Assembly (NCBI GenBank): GCA_040954595.2
Contig: CM082596.2
Coordinates: forward strand, 4,732,181-4,796,180
Direction: 5' to 3'
Length of the DNA: 64,000 nucleotides
Source of the DNA: Balanoglossus misakiensis
Taxonomy: Eukaryota > Animalia > Hemichordata
Below are positions 1-13,200 of the stretch, piece by piece. The position numbers were made by a program, and so were the translations under genes. Below the pieces are notes generated by a model. That model worked only from the letters and a program-made list of their open reading frames with translations. It had not been told where the DNA came from and did not search any database. The number at the start of each line of letters is the position of its first letter. Positions within the stretch are counted from its first letter, which is position 1.

Positions 1-1961
1 TTTTTGGCATCGCGCATATAAGATAATCGCGTCCGTCAACCGCGATGATACGATTCACACATAGACCTTTATACAGAATGGAAGCAGAACTTATTACGTG
101 CGGAGCATTTAGAATGAAAAAAGTCCGAAAATGTTAAATAACCTCTTTGTGTTTGACAGAATCGCAGAAAAATACACCCAGGCGATCCAGCTGCCGCTAG
201 AGTCATTCGCAAAAGTTGTTTGTGCATAACGAAGCCGGGCCATGAGCCGGTAAATGATTAAGGTGGAGCCATGTGTCACTAGCAACCGCCAGTATTTTCA
301 ATTTGCGCAATAAAAGCTCTCCATAGACAGACAAGAAAAATATGTTGGTAGATGCACACATTTGGATATTAATGAGTGCCAAAGTGACCCTCAGAGCGAC
401 CTCACGTCGCAACTGGAGCGTGTCACAGATGGACGACACCCATATTTGACAGCACTGGTATCAGCATTGTATGTTGGGCACTGGAGGAATTTCGACTTAG
501 AAATACAATACGTCGCAGATATGATCATCCCCATTTGCACCCGCAAATTAATGACGCCAACCTTGCAGTTTAATCATTCATGTGTGACTGAGCTACGCTA
601 AATATGCTGAGTTTGGTATTCCTAAGCTGTCGGGCATTGGCACGAAATATTCACGTGACCCCTCGTTGCTCTGCCGCGATTGGTTATAATAACTTGTATA
701 TCAATACGGAATATTTATCTCGCGAAAATCGGGGGCCTCTATCACGATCAGATGTCTGGACTTGCGGATATCCCGGTGCAATTATCCGAAAGCGATAACA
801 CCATATCACAATTAAGATCTATCTATTTCACAATCAAGTCATTTATCAATAATTTCTATTTATTAGGAAACGAACAGACGCAGTGTTATATCTTCCCACA
901 TCATATGCTGCTGCATGTCCTTTTCAACTTTTAATCTGTCTGAGTCGACAGATTGGGACTCTACATCCGTGCAACCTATTTGAGTCACGTTGGGGAAAAA
1001 CTTTGCATTTCTTACGTATACAGTGCATCTGACTTGCGGTCTTTTTCGATAGGGTACCATCCCTATAAAACACCAAATACCTAAATATCGCCCCTCCCAA
1101 GGACAAGATAGTTCGGAGCATCATCGATTTAAAAAAGATGGAGGGCGTGGAAGGTTCAGAAATATGAGTACGATAGGTTACAGATGACAGAGGCTGTGTC
1201 TGACGCGACGTATTCAAAATACTTGTATGTGTAAACGCATGTCAGAGATAATTTACGTGCACAACATTGCAATTGAAGTTATGAAACCTGTCAGGCAGAT
1301 GTGTCAATGGAACCGGCTGTGGTAAATTGTGTCGTCACTGACGGTTACATGACCAGCTTGGTATCTTCCACTGCGCAGTGGTTTACCGCCGGTTAACATT
1401 CCTTGCCGAGGTCAGACGTCCTGGACCACAAACGGCATTCCGATAATTTTCGTTCACGAGGGGAGCCATAAAAGTATCACATCTTTCGACCTCGATAATA
1501 TTGATAGTTTTTCCATATTTGTTTTGCAAAAGATGTAATGACATAATAAAAGAAGCCCAAGAAAGTTCGTCCAAGGAAAAAAAAAGTTTAACATAACTTC
1601 ATCAAGAACGGATCGTATCTAAAGTGAAGCAAGCCTCATGCAGATCACTTGGGACATGGTGGGAAAAGATATGCTGGGAATGTTGGCGATACACTGGATT
1701 CTAAGAGTGTTGCCTGGATATAATTCTCTCGTCACGGCGAGTGCTGATCGCGTGCCGTCTCGCAGACTTTAGTTTAAATACAGAGCAAAATTTCCCCGAA
1801 AATGCTGAAAATTTTTGAAACGCCTAAGAGTACCGTCCCTTTAAACCAAATTGCTGGCGAATCATAACTTTTCCTCGATTTTCGCTAGACATTTGTTTGT
1901 CCGAAAAACATCAACGGCCACACTGCATTTTTTTCTAATTTTCCGATGCAGTTAATCCAAG

Positions 1962-4900
1962 ATGGCCAACCTATTCCAGAAGAAGTACAAATCGGAGGAA
2001 GACTACCCCGAGTTGTCTAAGCACAACAACCACATGTCCAAGTGCATGACACCGGAGATCTACGCTAAACTCAGAGACAAGACAACGCCCAGTGGGTATA
2101 CTTTGGATCAAGCTATCCAGACCGGAGTGGACAATCCAGGTTAGTGGTAGTACTGGTCACATCAGAAATAAAACTTTCTATATGTACGCAAAGAAAACTA
2201 AATATGATTGAACGCGAAGAAGTGTTGCATTGTAATAGACAGATCAGTTTGAAGATGGAATTATACAATTAATACAGAAACGTTCGACACCCTTTTTTGT
2301 TGCTTTAATTCTCTTTTTTCTTCATGCCTCCAGGTCATCCCTTCATCATGACCGTTGGCATGGTAGCCGGCGACGAGGAGTCCTATGACGTGTTTGCCGA
2401 CATCTTCGACCCCGTCATTTCAGCTCGTCATAACGGCTACAAGAAGACCGGTACGTCGCGTTTTCTTCCTGATCCGTTCGGGTCAGGGAACCAGACTATC
2501 TCCGTAGTTTCTTGCTTTTCACAGCGACCATGTTCGTTAATTTGATGCGCACTTTTGCATAGCTCTAAACTGCGTGACGTTAAACAGACCGAATAAATGT
2601 CGGCAAATCTGTTCGCTTTTAGACTTAATTGAGTTTGAAAAATCGATGGTATTTTATGGTTGATTGGCCATTCTGTCATTGACACGCAAATATAATGGAA
2701 AATCTGAGTGGGACAATTCCAAAGTGAATGTCATGTCACCCAGAGACTGTCTGCAGTTTAAATTGTAACGTCTGTATCCATGACATTGGGTGGCGTGAAT
2801 GGTTCTTTTTAATTAAAAGGGATTTCTTTATTCGTATTTGCTTGCGAAGACAGTACAAATGGGAATTCTGTGCACAATCCTGTGATCCTTTGAACAAATA
2901 TAATTTGGGCGTACTTCTTCAACACACAAAATTCAAACTAGTCAGTTGGACTTCCAATATAACGAAAACCATAATTTGAAGAAGAAAACAATCCTATATT
3001 AAACCAAAATTATAATTCCACCACGGACGAATGCCAAGGTGCACTTTGAAAAAAAACGCCGATGCCTTAACTTAGGCCGTTGTTTTCTCAGACAAGCACA
3101 AGACCGACCTGAACCCCGATCATTTGAAAGGAGGAAACTTCGACGAGAAGTACGTGCTGAGCTCCCGTGTCAGAACCGGGCGCAGCATCAAGGGGTACAC
3201 CCTCCCTCCCTTCAACACCAGAGGGGAGAGACGCGCTGTCGAGAAGATCGTCGTCAAGGGTAAGAAACTAAGACAGTCACGTGATGTTTCTGAACACAAA
3301 CTGAAAATTCTAGTGGTCGACTGAATCACTGATATTTGTAAATAGGATGAAATGAGACTACCACTCGTACACAAAATGTTCACGTGTTTTCGTCATTCCT
3401 TCATTTTCTGACCAACGCACTTTGACAAGAGGCTTACAATGTTGGCATTGGACTTGATACATTGTAAACATCTCCATAGTTGTCTTTTCATGATAGGACG
3501 CTTACCCCCTGGACAACACCCCAAACCCCAGTGACAATATGCTCAGGGATAGGCGGGCGTCATTGTCCGATGGGTGAATGTCCAGGGGGTGACTGACCTA
3601 GAGCACTTTCCCGCATTTGTTTTCACAGCTCTTGGTGGACTGTCTGGTGAACTGAAAGGCAAATACTACCCCCTGCAAGGCATGACTGACGAAGACCAGG
3701 AGAAACTCATTGCTGATCATTTCTTGTTCGACAAACCTGTGTCGCCACTGCTTACTGCATCCGGTATGGCACGTGACTGGCCCGATGCGCGCGGTATCTG
3801 GTGAGTTGACTTTATTTTAAGGGACGGACTTAAAAGGTACACCATCACCTCCAATTTACATATTCCCCATAAATGACTGAAATGGCGAATCTGAGTTTTG
3901 TGAGGAACATATGGTAGCGCCCTTTTTATCGCGTGTGCCACCAACTGAAAATCTGTGATTGGCTAGATCTCAATTTGCTATGGTAACTGTGGCTAAATTT
4001 GCATTAGGTGACCGATCGACAAATACCTTTTACAACTACTGACACATCAATTGTAGCTGTATATAAACACATGTAGGTACTATGCACCTTGTTCCTCTTC
4101 TCTGATATCCAGAGGTATCCTTACGCAAGCATCTCCTTTTTTGTGGTAGGCATAACGACAAGAAGACCTTTTTGGTTTGGATCAACGAAGAAGACCACAC
4201 ACGTGTTATCTCCATGCAGAAGGGTGGCGACATGAAATCTGTATTCGCACGATTCTGCAAGGGACTTAATGAGGTGAGTATGACCACAGTTTCACTCCCT
4301 GTATTATAGGGCTTAAGGCAGTGTGCTGTCCTAATATTAACAAGATGGCGGCGACCATAGTCTGTGTCGCAGATCGGGAAGAGACAGCAAATTGAGTAAA
4401 ACTACCAATGTGAATGCAATTCAGCATACTTGGTGTAATTGATTCATTATATTGTGAATTATTCGCACAGATTGAAACTCTCATGAAGAAGGAAGGCCAC
4501 GACTACATGTGGAATGAGCATCTGGGCTACGTGCTGACCTGCCCATCCAACCTGGGCACCGGTCTACGTGGTGGTGTCCACATCAAGATTCCCCTGGCCA
4601 GTAAGCACGCACGATTTGAGGAACTGCTGAAGAAAATGAAACTCCAAAAACGCGGCACAGGTGAGGAGATTGGCATTAGTGGTGACTTTAGATCAATTTG
4701 CTGTTTTGTGTAATCCATGGGGCTTTTGTCGTTAAAAAATACGGGAAATTTGGCATCTCCAAATTCACTCTGTTCATTTATGTGATTGCATTTACAGGTG
4801 GTGTGGACACGGCCGCTGAGGGCGGTATCTTTGACATTTCCAATGCCGATCGTCTTGGATCCTCAGAGGTTGAGCAGGTGCAGTGTGTCATTGATGGCGT

Positions 4901-4970
4901 CAACATCCTCATCGAAATGGAGAAACGTCTGGAAGCAGGCAAACCCGTGGATGATCTCATCCCCAAATAA
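1962..4970 (+). CDS. CK: Creatine kinase (cytosolic-type phosphagen kinase), 7 coding exons, 373 aa
   Basis: GT-AG exons 1962-2139, 2334-2450, 3092-3259, 3629-3800, 4150-4273, 4471-4660, 4798-4970 splice in frame (1122 nt). Motifs: [14 protein letters not shown] (CK-type GS loop), [40 protein letters not shown] splice acceptor at 1950-1951 before the ATG implies an upstream non-coding exon (not located). No mitochondrial presequence. Confidence 0.95.
3830..4032. mobile_element. MITE-like element (~200 bp), copy 1, in CK intron 4
   Basis: Degenerate terminal inverted repeats (ttaaaaggtacaccatcacct ... aggtgaccg..aaatacctttta). The interior is the reverse complement of 6561-6750. Confidence 0.75.
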
Positions 4971-5459
4971 AAAACAAGAGTCCAGTTGCCATCATCTCGC
5001 GCTGTATCGCTTCTCTGAGCGGAAGTGAACGAAACATTTCTTTACCGTGTGTTGTTGTGTGTTCCCATTTTATTTTTTTATATCTATGACATTCTTGGAA
5101 ATATTCAACATCTAACCTGAAATACCACTTCCGTCATAAACCGTGTGCTGTTTAGTTGTCACGACGCATTTAGCAATAAGCAACTTCAAAGGTCAGATTT
5201 TATTTCGCGCTCTTTTAGACTAGGAAGTGATGAACATGACACTAAGTTGCCCGTTTCTTCAATTTGATTGAATTTTCACGACATCTGACGTCACTGCCCA
5301 CTTCTTGGAGTACTTCTTATCACTGTCGCTATGCAACAGGACAGATCACAAATCACAGACGACAAAGTAACCAGTACTTTTGGGCAAGATATATTACCAC
5401 ACGTGTAAATTGTACGTACTGTGTAAATATACAACCCAGACATGTTTATCACATTAAAA

Positions 5460-5465
5460 AATAAA
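5460..5465 (+). terminator. Probable CK polyadenylation signal
   Basis: AATAAA ~490 nt after the stop, followed by a GT-rich tract (tgtttgtgtcttgtt). Confidence 0.55.
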
Positions 5466-6560
5466 TATAAACATATGTTTGTGTCTTGTTATTGTCTCGA
5501 TAAGAGAAAAACTCGTTCTGTGTGATCCCGGCAAAACACTTAGGCCTACTTAGCCTACTCTCTGGGCTATTTTAAATGTAAGAAAGAGATTAGCTCCAGA
5601 ATGTGGTACAGGCACATACATTAATAATCAAAATGACCTGATATGTTGTCGAATATTTTTTGATTGAATAGACTATCTTTGATGATGATTCCGCAACCTT
5701 TGGAACTTGGGTAGCTTTCAGGTAAACATTAGCAACAGTGAACAAAATCCAACTTGGTGATATACTGAAAAGTCACCCATGCAAAGCTGTGATCTGGCCA
5801 CATGAAAAAAGTCCTCTCTTTAACCATGTATGGGCATATGTAAAATAGGGCAATTGAAGAACGAGGATACGGTTACCAGTTGAACTGTGGGATGCGGAAA
5901 GGGCAGTGAGTTCTTGACAGTTAACACTTTAGGTCATATATGACAACGCTAATCCAATATGGGACCACGAATATCGCCTGCGTCACATCAGTGTTCGACA
6001 CACGCACTGTGGCGATTAGGTCATGTGATCGTGGTACAAACAGAACCACGTGCCTTCATACGCGTATGGAAATACGTATATTGTTGGTAAAAGCACGTGG
6101 CTTTGTTTGCATTAGCATTTGAATCTGTCAATTCAAACTACACGTTAAACCTCATCGGTGTGGCTGTCTCCTATATTCTGACATTTCCACATGAACTTGA
6201 CTGACAGAAACGTGTTGCAAGGGATCCTCCCTGAAGTTCCAGTGTAGGATAAGAAAAATGTGTTATCAAAAACAGATGCTTTAGGTAATCACTTCATACG
6301 ACCCTCACAAAGTTTATCCAGTACTGTCTGTTTTGCTGTTGAGTTTCGACACCTGTTTCAGTCGAAAGCATACTCGTTAATTTTATTTCTGGGTTATGCA
6401 TACAAAATACACAACTGAGAAACAAATACAACAGTGTCAAGGGCAAAGGCATTGACGTCACGACCTTTCTAAGGTCGTGCCATCATTGGGCGGCAAAACC
6501 AAATGTAGGTCATGAAATTGTAAGCTTTATAACTGCGATGCGACACACCTGAAGTGTGGG

Positions 6561-6750
6561 TTAAAGGTATACGGTCACCTATGGAAAATTAGCTATAGTT
6601 ACTATGGCAACTTGAGATCTAGCCAATCACAGATTTTCAGTGGGTGGCACACGCGAAAAAAGAGCGCCACCATATGTTCCTTAGAACGCTCAAATGCGCC
6701 ATTTCAGCCATATATGGGCGTATGTAAATTGGAGGTGACTGTATACCCAT
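6561..6750. mobile_element. MITE-like element, copy 2, inverted relative to copy 1
   Basis: Starts ttaaaggtatacggtcacct and ends aggtgactgtataccc (TIR pair). The internal segment ttgagatctagccaatcacagattttcagt matches the reverse complement of copy 1. Confidence 0.8.
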
Positions 6751-7197
6751 AGATATGGAATTCTATTCTGTCTCTCACTTTAACTTAAAGACAAGGGTAT
6801 ACATATATTGAGTGCTATATGCGAGCAAAGTCCATGAAAGCTTGTCAGGAAGATGGGATGGATTCTGAGCGTTAGGAGAAGTTATATGGAGTTTGGACTA
6901 CATGCGGATGTTTTTATTTTGCTTACGTTTCGGTGTCATTTGCTGATCATGGCATCAAAAGTGCATCTCGGGTTATTGTCGGCAACATTTCAAAAAACAC
7001 CATGCACTGACCCTTCAGTATCTAATCAATTGACAAAAATAACACCTGCCCAATCGTCGTAGTCATGTGATACGACTACTTTTTACGTGTAACGCACAAA
7101 ATAAAGAAGCAACGACCTTCTTTGTGTATCTATTGAATGAAAAGAAACACGATAAAACAAGGCATGCAGCCGTGCCATTCCCACGACCGAAATGTGC

Positions 7198-7251
7198 ATA
7201 TATATACCTAACACGGCGATTTGGGCTGCTCACATTCTATAGTGACCTCAG
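7198..7251 (+). promoter_or_regulatory. TATA-like box and short non-coding first exon of the C-type lectin gene
   Basis: ATATATATA at 7198-7206, strong donor CAG|GTGAGT at 7251/7252, and an acceptor at 7403-7404 just before the ATG at 7421. Confidence 0.55.
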
Positions 7252-7420
7252 GTGAGTATCAACATATTGAAATACCATTCCTAATTTTAAAAGATCAAAG
7301 GCATATTTAACACATAAACATTTTTTTGAAACGTAACCATTTTGGAGTTCAGGTAAAGTAAAGCGTGTCGTAAAAAGCCTAACTATTTTGTCTCTTTTTT
7401 CTAGGTACATTAATTTTATT

Positions 7421-9105
7421 ATGATGAAGAGTATCATTGGATCAGTTTTTGTGGCTTTGGCCGTCCTCACTGGACACGGTAGGACCACACTTATTTTTAC
7501 ATCATCTTTTTTATCGGTTTCAGTAATTTAAGGGACATTAGCTGTAACTTTTACCTGTATTTCATGCATCATACTAAAATACTCAATACTCCATTTGTCA
7601 ACACAGCCTGTATGTGTGTAACAACCATTGTATGATGATTTTTATGTATTATTTTATTGTTGGGGCATTTATTTATTTATTTATTTTTCATTGACAGTGT
7701 TGGCCCAATGTCCACCAGACTATGTTCCCTACGACACTCACTGTTACCGAGTGATTCTAATTGGACACATATATAAAGATGCCGACGGGATTTGCCAGAA
7801 CAGCGCAACAGGTGCCCGACTGGCCTCCATTCACTCACAGGAAGAAAACGCATTTATACAGTCAATTCTGAACGACGATGCGTGGATTGGTTATGATGAC
7901 CTCGCACAGGTAAGACCCGGGTCGGGGTGGGGTAAGACTAAGACTGTCAGTTGTAGGCTATAAGGCTAGGTTTATTCAACCGACAGTTATGACAAACAAG
8001 GTCGTTGTCTCGCAGTTCCTGTAAAATTGCCAGTTTCTATCAATGCTAGTTTTATTTCACTGATTCAGTGATTGTCTATCAGTTCGAGCCGATTTCACAA
8101 CTCATTAATGAACAAAGAAGTCACACTTCAAAAACAGGAAATTCCAGAACGACACTTCTAGCAGCTGCATTTCCAATGTACTCAGTTACAGTTAAACAGC
8201 TCTGCAAAGCTCTGAGCATGTTGTCCCGCCCGTCCTCAATACAGAGTGACAGTGAGAATGATAAATCTTGGGAACATCGATAAAGTTGAATAGCGGTTGC
8301 ACGTGTTTAGATATCAGTCCACCACTGTTATCGCTGGGACGACCGTCTCGCGTGGCCGTTCCCCATGAACGCTCAACTCCCAGTCCTCTCACGTTCCGCT
8401 ACAGGGCTCTTTCCTCTTGGTACATTAATTAATAGGCCCTCATTAGTTTGCGAAGGTGGGGGTGGGGGGGGGGGGGGTGGATGTGCGAAGTGGGAGGGGG
8501 ATGTACATGAGAGAATCTAGGAGAATCAGCCGGGATTGATTCTGAATACCACAAGGAACGCCATCATCGGCAAAGAGGGCAAAAATAAACTGGGTCGGGT
8601 CACACCAAGATAGAATGAGCCTATAATGGCATATGTCAAATGCTACACTTTCAGGAAGGCACCTTTGCCTGGTCTGACGGTTCAGCTGGAGTTTATGAGA
8701 ACTGGTCTAATGGTCAACCTGATAATGGTGGTGTTAGTGGCAATGATCAAGACTGCGCGGAAATTACAGTTCAAGGTGAGTTGACGAGCAACAAAAAAAA
8801 TCAATTTCAGTTAGCTTAAACGTATATGATCACCAGTGCAATTTTAACTAGTGAACCATGGCAAATTCCAATATAGCCTGAAATTGCAAATTTTCAGTGA
8901 GTGGCACACAGACACACAAAGTTTACAACCACGTAATCACTTGACCCTGCATTTAACCAAGCATATGTTAATTAAAAGTTCTGTCTTAATATCACAGCTG
9001 TGCTTACATTGTTAAAATCTTTCATTTTCTGCAGGTGTTTGGACTGACGTAGAATGTGACACAACCCTGCACCAGTCTATATGCAAAGTTCCGATCGCTT
9101 TGTAG
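7421..9105 (+). CDS. Secreted single-domain C-type lectin (long-form CTLD, QPD motif), 153 aa
   Basis: Exons 7421-7478 (signal peptide MMKSIIGSVFVALAVLTGH), 7698-7909 (CPPDY..HCY..C..LASIHSQEEN..WIG), 8655-8775 (FAWSDGS..YENWSNGQPDN..DC) and 9035-9105 (WTDVEC..ICK..TAG). Total 462 nt, in frame, six Cys. Confidence 0.92.
8457..8500 (+). repeat. G-rich tract with G-quadruplex potential in lectin intron
   Basis: Long G runs seen directly. Confidence 0.7.
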
Positions 9106-10290
9106 AACATAGAATATTGAAGCCGTGCACCATAAAGCCTGCCGTTCTGTTATTTTTTACAGAGCTTATACATAAAAGTGTTCTTTTCAAAAACTGTTCC
9201 AACTCCATTTCACCATCTTCTTACCTCACGATTGTTACAAATCATGTCTTAGCATGATTATATCAATAAAGAAAAATCAAAACCACAAGGAGTATCAAGG
9301 TGTATCTATCACAGGATCACTGTGCCATTTATGCACCCCTGTACTACAACTTGCAAATTTCTTTTTTAAATAATTTTTTCGAGGAGCAGATCTATCATGA
9401 AAACATACACTGTGATTTCATTGTACTTCTGATTGCTTCTGAGATGGATTTACATAAAAATGTCATTTTCACTCTCTTGTAAGGGCCTTCTAATGCTCCT
9501 GTTAACTTACATGTGGTCCTTATAATTATCAATAAAGAAAAACACACTGAAAACGATTTTTTATCTGGTTTGTCTCTATGCACACACACGCACATGGCAC
9601 ACATGGACAGTCAGACAAACAGAAATTGGTATAACATACGGTATTACCTCTTGTGTTGACACACAGGAGTTGAAATAGAGAAGTTTTTTTTTTCTATAAT
9701 TTTCTCCTACTCTAATTAGTAATACAGCAACAAAAGTTGTAAATATGAACCAAGTTTTCTTGGTAAACAAGAGTTACACATAAATGTAATTATATAATAG
9801 AAGTTTAAATGTGTCTCTGTTAAATTAATGGTAATATTTGATTGTACATATATATACAATCAACGTAGATCACAGTTGATCATGTCAGCTATTTACATAT
9901 GTACAAAATTAGATTTAATATAAATTCTTACAGACCAGAACATGCATACACAACTTGGAACTGAATACTCTGAACATCTACTGAAATAGGAAACCTAATT
10001 TGAAACATATCACTGATCTATGGACGGCATTTTTCAAAGGATTATAAACCGACAGAATTCTGTCAGTGGGAGATTTCATGAACAGCTATCACAAATTAGA
10101 TAAGTATTTGCCTTTCTGTACAGCTAGGCAGGACATATTTGTAAGTAAGTATATAAGAACAGATAAAGGCTATATCAGAAAAGGCAGAGGGATATTGTTT
10201 TCTGTGAACTTTCTGCAATTTGGCTGTTATGGACGGTGAATGTAATTTTCAGGCATTCCCATGATAGAGTGCCCTCTATCGGACGAGCCA

Positions 10291-13200
10291 TCACATTGCT
10301 GTTGCAGTAGCTGTATGTGATAGGGAGGGAGGGGAGAGGGGGTTGGGGAGGGGGGGACGGATGGAGGGAAGAGAATATGGAGTTGGAGAGAGATGTGTGT
10401 GTAAGTGAAAGAGAGAGAGAAAAGAGAGAGAAAGTTAAAACAATCGTCGGCATCTTTTATGTTCATGTATTTAATCTATTTGAGCAATATAACAACCCGG
10501 GTCATGTAGGCTACGAGATTTCGACCAGCACGGGCACTAGCGACAAGTTGTTGGTGACGACGTCGACGCACATATGAGGAGCTGAATTGGTCAAAATCGA
10601 GGGCCACTTGGACGTGTTCCATCAGTGGCGCATAGCTGCTATTTTCGCGTGCCTGCCAACCAGATCGCTCTATTTGCACCATCAACATACTAATATTACA
10701 CTTTGTGCAGTTTAAGTTAGAGGGGGTGGGGGTGGGGGTGGGGCTGGGTGTCTGAGGCTTACTTAAGCAATTAAGTTAGATTTTTTATATTGAACTTTTG
10801 ATGTTGCCCCTTACGGCATTTATCCAACAAGTGTATCGCGCACAAGCACATTGACTTGGTAAAAGATGCTGACTTACCTGTTGCCCGAGTAGAATGGGTC
10901 ACCGACGAGCTTTCATCAGGACGCACTGCAGTTCGGCCTGTCCTCTGCGTAATAAATAAATTATAATGAATTTGCATGTTATTTCTGTAACGGATCTGAT
11001 CAGTGGCTTAGGCTTAATGACTGTTGACATGAGTATTGGTGTGGGTTTGATTCCTGCTGCTGACTCAACGTATCCAGAAAAAAAAGAGCTATTGGCTATA
11101 TATTTTACATTGGTAATTGTAATGTTCCTTGCAAGCATAATTCCAGAAAATACATGAGATGCTTACCATAATTTTTGTGAAGAAACTGCTTTCTCCTTCC
11201 GACTGAGAGACGAGTTTTTGGTGACGTGTATTGAGGGCACCTTTCACCTAGAAGACAAGATGATCTCTTAACATTTTAACTCTTAACATACACGCATGTC
11301 ATTCTGCATGATTGTGCATAAAGAATGAAAATTACAAGTTCTATTGGGAATACCTGTACTAGAAAAACATGAAAGTCAAAATGTCAGACACACGCAATGT
11401 AAAGCTGGCGAGGTTGGAAAATTAAAAGTCTAAATGAAGGCCTTCAGAGGTCGTTTAATTGACTGCGCATGTACCGGTACTGATTCCCATCCGCTGTCGA
11501 TGTCTATTTGACCCCAAACGATAACATGTCTCGTCAAATCTGTCTTATATTGGGCTTGGATTTTTTTATTTGCATATAGCACACATTAGGAAGACTCACC
11601 TCGTCATTCATAACGCAGTGGAACACGAAAATGAATAGTCCCTGGAGACAAAAGCGAACAAAAAAAAGTGTCGTTAAAAATTGAGATCACCCCAAAACTG
11701 GCGCTAGGCAATACCTAATGAAATGACACTGACTTGAAAGAATCGTTTTGTATCCACCTTGTCTGGATTGTCACATCAAAGAATCCTATTCACTAAACAT
11801 TTTACATCCCGGTGACTTCATTACGGGGTTCCGTTGACAGCTCATAACTCGAAAAATTCCTTCCGACCGAGGGAATTCAATACAAAATGGGCAATTAGAC
11901 TCAAATCAGTGACTGTCCTGTGGATGACTGAATACGTAATGGATATATGCATATTGTGGAAGTCGGAATGACGGACTGGGTGCAGTCATTCGATGAAGGC
12001 AATTAGATCGATGATAAAATATCATATTTGATTCAATGGCAATTCAGAATTTTGACAGCCTATCCTGGCTAATTACGCTAAAAAATTCATACGGTTTTAA
12101 AATCAGTTCCATTCTCTTCAACGTGGTATGTACCATCTGTTCGCGATTGTACTATTTCGCTCGATCTTCACAAAACGTGGCCTTTTTATGGTATAATAAA
12201 GCACATACCGACAGGCTATTTATTCTGAGCACGGCAATTAAAATTACCTTACGTTATAATCGCTATCTGACGTGGGAATTATGAGAACAAGTATAGTCGG
12301 GAAAGATATGAATGTGATATTGTGGGTTCAGAGTACGATAAGCGATTACGACGACAGTTAAATGGCCCCTGAATAGAAATATTCCACAAAAAGCGTCCGA
12401 GCTTATACGAACAAGCCCCAGAATAATTTCAGTTGTTTTCCATTCCGTTTTTCTCAGACAGTCAGAGACATACAGACTCATGGATTGACTGACTGACAGA
12501 CAGACAGACAGACTGGCAGACCAGTCACCAACCATACATTTATGAATGAGAAAGGCATACATTTTCCTACCTGCAGTGAATTAAGCAGGGCGAATATATA
12601 CTGGAAAGCTACGGTAGATTCATCAATGGACAACAGACCAAATGCCCAGGTCAGCCCCAGCAGTGGTAATAGTAATGCCGTCGCTCGTAACCCAGACCTG
12701 TTACCGTCGATCAAAAGAAAAAAATAATTATTGTATTCATACATTACAAACTATTACCTTTATAGATTTGTGAAAGACAATCAGACTTTAAACTTAGCAG
12801 TATGAGAGATGAAATAATGAATTCAGATGATGAAATGACGTAACACACCTAAATTTCTGCACTTCTGTCTTGTCCTTGTTAGATTTGACACTCATGAATA
12901 CCCGAATGACCATAATCAACACCACAGTGTTTACCTGCAGGTATTAACACACAAAAAATATTGAATTTATACATTGTGTTAAAAGAGAGAAAGAGAGAGG
13001 GGGGCGAGGGAGGGAGGGAGGGAGAGAGAGTTGGGATAGGGACACAAATGCAGCCGATAGTCTGGTATAACACGTCAAATCTTACAGGGTACACAGTGTA
13101 GCTATTGTGTCTGATACGCACAGGAATTAAATAACTTGTTTGCAAACAAGTCACGTGGCGATATAACCTGTTGTCTGATGTAATCTCTCATCAATGCATA

